Positions 9,576 through 18,497 of a stretch of DNA of 20,000 nucleotides are shown here, one piece after another; position 1 is the first letter of the stretch, and every line of letters begins with the position of its first letter. A program made the translations under genes and the position numbers. The DNA lies in NCBI RefSeq assembly GCF_004010195.1, contig NC_057718.1:21548684-21568683 (forward strand). Reading direction: 5' to 3'. The notes beneath the pieces are model-generated. The model was given only the letters and a program-made list of their open reading frames with translations, made no database searches and had not been told where the DNA came from. This DNA is from Chiloscyllium plagiosum. Taxonomy: Eukaryota.

Positions 9576-12500
9576 TTAATCTGTGTCCAGGTATTCCAAA
9601 AAGGGGCTCCATGTCTTACAAAAATTCTCAGTTTTGTGGTGTACCATATTTGTGAGAAAATCCAAGGGAATATGCTCCATAATAATCTTCCGCCAACCCG
9701 ACAGGCCCAGGGGTTTTTCGGATATCCAACCTAGCAAGATATTCTTTCTTGCACAGAACGTGAGAATATTGAAAAGTTTTTTCTTATGCGTGTCTATAAG
9801 GAATACATTGGGAATGAGAGAGATAGGGTCCTTCTCCATCCTTACACCCAAAATCCTCTCCATTGCACCTGTTACAACACTGGAAAGGGGGCACCTTGCT
9901 GGGACGCTTCAATATCTCGCCATATTGAAAGAGGATCTCCACAAGTCAATCATTCATGTGGACAAAAGTGAGCTTAGTTGATAATTTTTATTGTCCGGAA
10001 GGTCTTCTCCCCCAATCTGTGAGGTAGTTCAGCTTAGCTATTTTAATGAGGGTCCGCTTACGATGGCAAATAAAGGAGCTGAACCAGTTGTTCAGCCTCC
10101 TGAATATTTGCTTATTGAAAATCAGGGGGAGCATCTGTATAGGTATAGCAAATGGGGAGAATATTCATCTTAATAAGCACTATCCGACCCAACCATGAAA
10201 CCGGAAGTGCCTCCCATCTTTGAAAGTCCTGTTTAATTTTATCAAATAATTGAATAAAATTGGCTTTGAACAGCTGATCCAGAACTGAATATGTCCAAAT
10301 ACACAAAATCCCACTGTGACCATTTAATGGGAGTCTATAGTCGCCCTCAAGATCTAGCTCCTTCGTAAGACCACCCATAGCCATAGACTCTGATTTCGCA
10401 AAATTAATCTTGTACCTCAAAAAAGTGCCAAACGCTCGAATGCATTGTATCAGGTGAGGCACTGAAACTGCTGGATTTATCAAAAAAATTAGGACATCGT
10501 CTGCAGACAACAAAATCTTATGTAATTTTGAATCCACTTCTGGAGCTGAAATATTGGGATCCCCACAAATGGTTCAATCACCAACGTAAAAAGAAGTGAT
10601 GAAAGGGGAAAGCCCTGCCGGCTGCTCCTAAAAATATTAAAATTGCTTGATCGTATCCCGTTGGTGAATACTGCAGCGAGAGGGCCATTGTAGAGAACCT
10701 TTACCCATTTTATAAAGATTTCGCCCAAACCAAACCGCTCCAGAGTATAGAAAACGTATGGCCATTCAACTCAGTCAAATGCCTTCTCTACATCTAGAGA
10801 AATCATCAAATCCTGTATTGACTGTTGTTGACATGCTTGAATTACACTAAGCAGCTCCTAACATTATTGGAGGATCTGCGACCCCTTGTGAAGCCCGTCT
10901 GATCCTCTTTAATAATAGAAAGTAAGTCTCTAGCCTTAACGTGCGAGTCTTAGAGAGGATTTTAAAGTCCACATTTAATAGTGAATCGGACCTGTAATGA
11001 AACACAATCTTCCAGGTCCTTCCCTTTTTTAAGAATATGAAATATTGGCCTCTCTCAGGGATGGTGGAAGACAATCATGAATCATTAAATATATTGAGCA
11101 TCAGGCCTGACAGTATACTTATAAATTCCTTAGAGAATTCACTGGGAAGTCCATCAGGACCAGGAGCCTTTCCACTCTGGAGCTGCCTCACAGCTTCCTG
11201 CACTTCTTGCTCTGATAAGGGGACATTGAGAAAGGACTCTTGTTCGGGAGTCACGTCCGAGAGCTTCAGATCCTTAAAAAAAATTCCATTTTGGCCTGCC
11301 TCTCCTCACAATCCTTGGATTAGTATAACCTAGAGTAAAATCTCTGGAATGCCACATGAATATTTTTAGAATCACATGTTAGGTTCCCAGACCCTTCCCT
11401 AATCGCCGTAATGGCTTGTGAGGCACTTCTTTTCCGAGTGAGATGCGATAAGTATTTGCCTGGCTTATCACCATGCTCATATAACCTTTGCTTTGCAAAA
11501 GCCAGCTCCTTCTTTGCCATCTGCGTGAGCACAGAATTTAATGCAGACCGCAGCCCCATAATCCTCTGCAGCTTGACCAATGAGGATCAGTCAAATGAAG
11601 CCTTCTCGGCTGGCTTCAACTGTGCTTCAAGGCGACGTTGCCGCACACCATTCTGCCGCTTCCTACTGGTGGAATAGGAAATAAGTAACCCCTAGCATAG
11701 GCTTTGGCAGTTTCCCAGAGAACGAATGAGCTATCAACCGAGCCTATGTTGATGTCTGGGAATGCCCGAAATTCCCTAGAGAAATACCCCACAAACTTAT
11801 TATCCTTGAGGATAAAGAGATTCATTTGCCAGTGCCTTGAACCCACTGTAACATTCTTAATCTTAACCATAAGGTACTCTGGAGCATGATCAGAAATGGT
11901 AATATTACCAATTGTACAAGATGCCACCAAATCCAGGGTTGCTACAGGGGTCAGAAGAAAAATATCAATCCTGGTGTGATATCTTTGCGGATTGGAGAGA
12001 AACATAAAATCCCTGCCCGTAGGGTAGAGATGCCTCCAGATATCCACCAACCCTAACTCCCCACACAGAGTCACTAACTGTTTAGTTTGTACAGAGGGTA
12101 TCGAGGGACCTTTGGGCAACCTGTCTACTGTGGGATCCATGAGACAGTTAAAATCTCCCCCTATAATGAGGTGCCAGGACTCGAGACTTATCAACTTAGA
12201 AAAAGCATCCACCAAAAATTTAAGGGGATGAGCTGGAGGGCAATAAACATTTAAAACATCATATTCTTCCCCATTTATCAAGGCTTTAAAAATTACAAAC
12301 CTCCAGTGGGTGTCTTTAACACACTCTAAAAACTTAAATGGGAGATTCTTCCTAACCAATATAGCCAGTCCCCTACTTCTGGTATTAAATGATGAAAAAT
12401 AAACTCGGTCAAAGCCATTCTGCTGTAATTTCAGTTGCTCCTTGTCATCCAAGTGTGTCTCCCGTAACAAAGCAATATCTACCTTCTTCTTTCTAAGACT

Positions 12501-12581
12501 CAAGAGTACCTTGTTGCTCTTGATTGGTGAGTGACTTCCCTTGATATTCCAGGTACACAATTTAATCAAGTCATTAGCCAT
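9576..12581 (-). pseudogene. L1 ORF2 (APE endonuclease + reverse transcriptase), frameshifted and internally deleted
   Basis: Starts MANDLIKLCTWNIKG. Endonuclease motifs RETH, LNVYCP, GGDFN, TRID, ISDH. Then RLYEHGDKPGKYL, SGKAPGPDG, SLDVEKAFD, RQGFPLSSLLF, LLSADDVLIF (YADD decayed), GRIVLIKMNILP, and C-terminal KTWSPFLEYL. Split over several ORF-track fragments. Confidence 0.93.
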
Positions 12582-12655
12582 AACCTTCTGCAATAACATT
12601 TAAATTCCAGAGAACCACAAATCACTGAGCCTTAGTGTCACATGATCCAGCAAAT

Positions 12656-12964
12656 ATTAGATTAGATTAATTACAGAGAGGAAACAGGCCCTTCAGCCCA
12701 ACAAGTCCACACCACCCCACCGAAGCGCAACCCACCCATACCCCTACATTTACCCCTTACCTAACACTACGGGCAATTTAGCATGGCCAATTCACCTGAC
12801 CTGCACATCTTTGGACTGTAGGAGGAAACCGGAGCACCCGGAGGAAACCCACGCAGACACGGGGAGAATGTGCAAACTCCACACAGTCGCCTGAGGCGGG
12901 AATTGAACCCGGGTCTCTGGCGCTGTGAGGCAGCAGTGCTGACCACTGTGTCACCATGCCGCCC
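12656..12964 (-). mobile_element. HE1-type V-SINE (tRNA-derived), full length, inserted in the L1 inter-ORF spacer
   Basis: Minus strand: gggcggcatggtgacacagtgg (A box, 12943-12956), ggttcaattcc (B box, 12899-12909), V-domain tgtgtggagtttgcacattctccccgtgtctgcgtgggtttcctccgggtgctccggtttcctcc, CR1/HER1-like tail gggctgaagggcctgtttcc, and (TCTAA)n terminus. Confidence 0.95.
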
Positions 12965-13409
12965 ACAAAAGCTACATAAACTAAAACCACGACATTAACA
13001 AACCTACAAAACTACTAAAAATTAAAAACGTAAACCAAAAAGCAAAACATATAAAGCGCCAACAGCTCTGAATACGGGAACTCGCCCCCTGCCCATAGGG
13101 GGCAACTACCCATCCCAAACTGCCCATAAATAGGCATCTAACTATCCCAGCCACCTTCACTTCTCCTAGCTAGAGCCGTACCACAAACACGAGCAGAAAC
13201 GAGTAAACACATCATAGAATACCAATATGAATAAAAAACCATTTTTTTAAAAAAAGGAATAAATACCACACCCATCCTTTGGTATATCCTAACTTAGAAA
13301 TTAAAAATGTACATCTCAATTGCTGCCAAACATAGTTTAAACCAAATTATTATCAACAGAAAAAAATGGAAAAATAAAGCTCCAATATACTAAAATTGTT
13401 CAAATTAGG

Positions 13410-14194
13410 TTAATTTATCCTCTTGTCTTCTCTGATGTGTCAAAGAGATGTATGGATCCATCTAAGGTGAATTGAGGCACTGTTGGATACCTCATGGAGT
13501 ACTGAATCCCAAGCTCCCTCAATCTTCTCTTGACACCGTTGTAAGAGTTTCATTTCTGGATTACTGCCACTGAGAAGAAAGAACATGATCTTAGAGCCCT
13601 TGTAAATTAGGGACTTCGGATCCTTCCCCTAGACTCTGGAAGCCTCCATGACTCTCTCCTTATCCTAGAATGATGGAACGACACCAGGAGAGGACAAGGA
13701 CGTTGACCCAGACTCAATCTCCACGCTTTGACCCGGTGAGCCCTCTCTATCTTCAATCCTTTCATGCCAGCCTCCAAGCCAAGGAACTTTGGCAGCCAAT
13801 CCTCAACAAATTCTGCAGGCCGCTCACCTTTTTTACTCTCAGGCAGACTGATGATCCAAATGTTTTTTCTCCTGCCCCTGTTCTCAAGATCATCCATTTG
13901 GTCATGCAAATTATGGACCTGCGACTCCAGGACTTGGATCCTATCCTTGGGTGAACTGGCATCAGCTTCGGCCACTGTGACCCTGTGTTCCACCTCATCC
14001 ATCCTCTTCTCCAGGTCTCCCAGCTGCTGCTCATGCTTCTGCAGCATAAGAGAGATTGGAGCCAGCTCTTCTTCAATCTGTTTCCCCAGCATCTTGCGAG
14101 AGTTTGTGAGCTCATTCACCAGGGCCTGGAAAGTAATTGACTTCGAGGATCCTGCAGACCCAGCCTCAGATGCTCCTCCTCCCTTTTTCGGCAT
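13410..14194 (-). pseudogene. L1 ORF1 (coiled coil + RRM + CTD; Transposase_22-type RNA-binding protein), frameshifted near the C-terminus
   Basis: ORF 13607-14194 has a heptad-rich region followed by DLENRGRRKNIWIISLPE and KIERAHR. After frameshifts the sequence continues YKGSKIMFF...KRRLRELGIQYSMRYP...SIHLFDT to ~13410. Confidence 0.92.
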
Positions 14195-14359
14195 CTCTGG
14201 ACAGCAGGAACCCCAGGTAAGTTAACTTTTAGAAGTTTCTTGGGACTCCATGATCTTTCCAGAGTCCTAAGATATCACAATGGTCCAGGTTGGGCGGGTT
14301 GAAGGTTCGTCCCACTTGTGCTGTGATATGGAGTGCTGCAGTGCGATCTTCTTAGATCT

Positions 14360-14380
14360 CCGCCATCTTGGATCTCCCCC
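14360..14380 (-). promoter_or_regulatory. L1 internal-promoter 5' end with YY1-binding motif
   Basis: CCGCCATCTT at 14360-14369 (AAGATGGCGG on the L1 strand) lies ~10 nt after a G-run at the element start. Same arrangement as human L1 GGGGGAGGAGCCAAGATGGCCG. Confidence 0.75.
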
Positions 14381-14393
14381 TCATACGTTTATT

Positions 14394-14923
14394 AATGGTC
14401 TAGATCATGGTTTGCAGATGACTTCAAACTTGGAAGAATTGTAAACAATGAGGAGGACAGACAGGTTGATGGCATGGGAAGATGATGGCAGATGAGTTTC
14501 AATGCAGCGAAGTATAAGGTAATATGTATTGGTAGGAAGCACACCAAAAGACTATAAACAAAGGGATACAATTCTAAACTGGATGGAGGAGGGGAAGGTT
14601 CTTTGTGCATACATGCACAGATGATGACAGTCACCTCAGCCTTATTAATATGGACATAGAATACAAGTACAAGGACATGATATTGAACTTGTATAGAATT
14701 CTTGATCAGCCTCAGCTCGAATATTGTGGCCACAGTCCTGGCCACTACATTATAGGAAGGATGTGACTGCACTGGGGAGAGTGCAGAAGCACAGTACAAG
14801 AACCTTTGCAGGGATGAGAAACTTCAATTATGAGGATAGATTAAAGAAGTTAGGACTGCTTGCCTTGGAGAGAAGGCTAAGAGCAGATCTAATAGAGGGA
14901 TTCAAAATCATGAGAAATCATGA
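14394..14923 (+). mobile_element. Old CR1 LINE, fragment 2 (RT FADD motif to C-terminal domain)
   Basis: tttgcagatgacttcaaacttgga = FADDFKLG; tggcagatgagtttcaatgcagcgaagtataaggta = WQMSFNAAKYKV; ORF 14724-14936 HYRKDVTALGRVQ...FNYEDRLKKLGLLALERRLRADLIEGFKIMR. Confidence 0.88.
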
Positions 14924-15569
14924 GCCACCCAGGTAAATAGTGCGGTGAGGAAGGCATATGGCGTACTGGCTTTTATTGGTAGAGGAATTGAGTTCCGGAG
15001 TCCTGAGGTCATGATGCAGTTGTATAAGACTCTGGTACGGCCGCATCTGGAATATTGTGTGCAGTTTTGGTCGCCATACTATAGGAAGGATGTGGAGGCA
15101 TTGGAACGGGTGCAGAGGAGGTTTACCAGGATGTTGCCTGGTATGGAAGGAAAATCGTATGAGGAAAGACTGAGGCACTTGGGGCTGTTTTCACTAGAGA
15201 AAAGAAGGTTTAGGGGTGACTTGATTGAGGTGTACAAGATGATTAGGGGGTTAGATAGGGTCGACAGTACGAACCTTTTCCCGCGTATTGAGTCGGGTAT
15301 TACAAGGGGGCATAGCTTTAAATTAAGGGGGGGTAGATATAGGACTGATGTTAGGGGTAGGTTCTTCACTCAGCGAGTCGTTAGTTCATGGAATGCCCTG
15401 CCAGTAACAGTGGTGGACTCTCCCTCTTTATGGGCATTTAAGAGGGCATTGGATAGGTATATGGAGGATAGTGGGTTAGTGTAGTTTAGGTGGGCTTGGA
15501 TCGGCGCAACATCGAGGGCCCAAGGGCCTGTACTGCGCTGTATTCTTCTATGTTCTATGTTCTATGTTC
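14924..15569 (+). mobile_element. Young CR1 (HER1-like) LINE 3' fragment nested in the old CR1
   Basis: Stop-free ORF2 C-terminus from ~14924 to the native stop at 15484 (LYKTLVRPHLEYCVQFWSPYYRKDVEALERVQRRFTRMLPG...FFTQRVVSSWNALP). Many CpGs retained; 3'UTR ggcccaagggcc stem-loop; (TTCTATG)3 tail at 15546-15569. Confidence 0.95.
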
Positions 15570-15794
15570 AGATAGAGTGGATAAAGAGTGGATAGATGTT
15601 CCCATATGTAAAAGGTTCAAGAATAAGGTGGCACAGATTTAAAGTGATTTGCAAAAGACGTAAGGGGGACATGAGAAAAACAGCAAATTTAGAAGGAATA
15701 AAATGTACTACCTGGAGGTGTGGTGGAGGCAGGTTCAATTGAAGCATTCAAGAAGGTATTGGGTGATAATTTGTATAAAAATAATGTAAAAAGG
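15570..15794 (+). mobile_element. Old CR1 LINE, fragment 3 (end of ORF2)
   Basis: Resumes gatagagtggat (DRVD)...cacagatttaaagtg...gtggtggaggcaggttcaattgaagcattcaag (VVEAGSIEAFK), the continuation expected after FKIMR at ~14915. Confidence 0.8.
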
Positions 15795-16480
15795 TGATGT
15801 CTGGGCCCTCTGGCCACAAAGGCCCCGGGGTCACCCACCCAAAACTCGAAGGTTAGCAAACTTTACAGGGCAGGCTTCCTCTATCATGACTGTGGACACC
15901 AGGAATGCATTCCGATGTAGTGGGAGGGAAAGGAAGAAGGCATCCTGACAAGGGTACATAGGTGGGATGAGTGGCATTTTATTGTAAATACATCATTGTA
16001 TTTGTAAATATATGTTCACTTTTCAACATCAGCTCTGTGAGTGAATGTCATTTTAGCTGCAACTACAAAAATCAATCTAGAGAGGCTAGTCTTCTTCAGC
16101 ACCCACAATGCTCTAAACATGTCTGACCTTACCTTTTATTAAACAGCATGAACTGCAGAAAAAGATCAAAGCATAAGGTGCACTTGCAGGTGGGATCATG
16201 TGGGGGATGTTGGCCTCAGTAGTAGCAAAACACTTTTAATCAGGGAAAGCTGACTTCATGCAACTCCCGGTCTGCATTGCTTTGGATGACATTGTTATTT
16301 TGCAGGTTGCTGAAGGTGCTGTTATCTTTGAAGAACTTCCTCATTTTCTTACTTGGTACAATGCTGCAGTGCTCAAGAATACCAATTGTCCATCCCATCA
16401 ATGCGTCTTCCAGTTGTTTAGAGCAGAGATTTTAAGGATTAAGCAGTATCTTCTGTCTGTGCAGATACAACCGCAAACAT

Positions 16481-16868
16481 GGAAGCTGAAGGGTGACCTT
16501 TTCGAGGTTTATAGGGGCATAGATAGGGTAAATAGACAAGGTCTTTTCCCTCAAATGGGGGAGTCCAGAACAATACGGCACACATTTATGGGTGGGAGGG
16601 GCAAGATTCAAAAGGCACCTCCGGGGCAACTTTTTCATGCAGAGGGTGGTGCGTATATGGAATGAGCTGCCAGAGGAAGTGGTGGAGGTTGGTACAATTA
16701 CAACATTTAAAAGGCATCTGGATGGGTATATGAATAGGAAGGGTTTAGAGGGATATGAGCCAAGTGGTGACACATGGGACTTGGAGAGGTTAGGATAACT
16801 GGTCGAATATCATGGACGAGTTGAACCGAAATCTGTTTCCATGCTGTACATCTCTATGACTCTACGAC
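16481..16868 (+). mobile_element. CR1 (HER1-like) LINE 3' fragment
   Basis: KLKGDLFEVY..GIDRVNRQGLFP; RGNFFMQRVVRIWNELPEEVVEVGTITTFKRHLDGYMNRKGLEGY; tail tctgtttccatgctgtacatctctatgactctacgac. Confidence 0.92.
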
Positions 16869-17127
16869 CTGCATAGAAACATAATGCAAAGAGACCATCC
16901 TATGATTCTGAGTCACCCCAGTGAAAGAAGATATTGCATTGCAGAAATGCTGGAAAGTATGGTGTTCTGACTTCCACCTTTGGACAGAGTATAGTGCCAC
17001 TGCCAACTGCACGGCATTCCATGGAAGACAAGTGACTGTGGCTTTCAGGGAATCCAAAAAACACAGCATTGCATATAAGACATTTTATGCACTGAGGTGG
17101 GACGTGAGCAGCTCCTGCAGCTCACCT

Positions 17128-17265
17128 TTCTGAAGAAGGGTCATACCTGGCTCAAAATGTTAACTCTGTTTTTCTTTCTACAAATACAGCCAGTCTTGCT
17201 AAATTTCTCCAGAAATCTTGATGTTTCTCTCAGATTTCTAGTATCCACAGTATTTTGCTTTTATT
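17128..17265 (+). mobile_element. Penelope-associated short repeat with decayed hammerhead core
   Basis: CTGAAGA (17130-17136), a, stem II gggtca-tacc-tggctc (17138-17153), AAAA, tgttaactctg...cagatttctagtatccacagtattttgc. Same family as 2122-2250 on the opposite strand. Confidence 0.72.
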
Positions 17266-18497
17266 CAAAGCCCCTAACTGATTTGTATACAGCTCCTGGA
17301 CTCATTTACTGGGAATTCCCAGACCAGTTGAATTAGACCTGCAAGACTGATTAGTCCACCCGGAAATGAAGATATGGACTCCAAATTCTAGATACCCCAA
17401 GCAGCCAACTAACTGTGTCCATACTGATAAAGTATGCTGCCCTTGACATATTGTCTGTCCTGACTGAAGGCTGTCCCCCTTGACCCACCTGAGTACGACT
17501 CCCCTTAGACTTTTGGATATGACAATTTGATTTAACCACATGCAGTGTGTTTGTCACATAATTAGCATATAGTGTTGGTGTAACAATGTCACAGCTCAAT
17601 GTTACATCACAAAATGTTCCCCCTTGTTTCTAGCCACTGCTGATAGCCATAACAAGCTGTGTGGCTTTGAGTCTGTGCGCATCAGCAAGGCAAGACAGAA
17701 GTACAGTGAGCCTTTAAGCTCTGCATGAGATGACAAAGCACAGAATGGCAAGGCAAAGTGGTGATGCTAAGTAGACACAAAATGAGTGTGCACTAAGACA
17801 GCATGCAAGGAGCCTTGAGATGAACCCAGGTCCAATCCAAGAGATGGGTGCTTGTCTCATTGTACAAAGTGTCTTGGCTGCAGCATTACAATTAAAGATA
17901 CTAGCGGACCCCAAGTATAGCACTGAAGTGTAGAACTATACCCTAAATGGGTCAGAGGTGTGTCATGATGACATGGTGGAGCTGGTATGTGGCCAATGCC
18001 AACTTCAATAGACAGGGATGTGATCAATTGCTGGCTGTAGAAGGTGACCTGACTTTATAGAGGACTGCTGTCCAACATAAAGAATTGGCAGAGCAAGTTT
18101 CAATATGCATCCACGAGGTACTCATTCAGATTTTCAAATTGGGAATTGTTGCCATCTAGTTTCATTTTGGTGTGTGGGAGAATGAGAAATTGCATATCAA
18201 TGAGGTGAGATCAGTTACTCTTGGCATGCAAATTAATGCAAATAGGCCTCTTGTCTCTCATTAGTGGCACTGTCTTCTCATCATTCAAAACTTGGTTGCA
18301 CTGTCATATTTCTTTCTCAAAATTGCTCGAAATTAGATTCCCAATTTGCCATATTTTCCCAACTGCGTCACCATCTCCCACATTATTCAAGGACTGGAAG
18401 GTTCGGCATACAGTTTCTAACTCCTCAATGCTGCAAATGGGTGCCCTTGGTGGAAAAAAAATTCATTTATTCAGCAATGACAACTGTTATCTTGACC

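Larger units (their letters stand above)
9244..14378 (-). mobile_element. Near-full-length L1-clade LINE (5'UTR, ORF1, spacer, ORF2, 3'UTR, A-rich tail), inactivated
   Basis: 5' end GGGGGAGATCCAAGATGGCGG; L1-type ORF1 and APE-RT ORF2; AATAAA (plus-strand tttatt 9265-9270) and (TAAA)n tail; TSD cctcgtacatttatt (9229-9243) / cctcatacgtttatt (14379-14393), 13/15 identical. Confidence 0.95.

Noticed and set aside
9483..11889. Plus-strand ORFs (9483, 9583, 9786, 9991, 11037, 11411, 11704)
   Set aside because: Antisense shadows of L1 ORF2 with no independent protein features.
12890..12964. tRNA-like sequence with A and B boxes
   Set aside because: It is the SINE head, continuous with the V-domain; not a tRNA gene.
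12778..12990. 70-aa ORF MVLVYVAFVGGMVTQW…
   Set aside because: Translation of the HE1 SINE; a common spurious gene prediction.
14945..15484. 179-aa intact ORF as a host gene
   Set aside because: It is the C-terminus of CR1 ORF2 in a 5'-truncated copy with the LINE 3'UTR and tail.
17300..18497. Moderately GC-rich region with several short ORFs, possibly an old transposon
   Set aside because: No motif I could assign on either strand; left unannotated.
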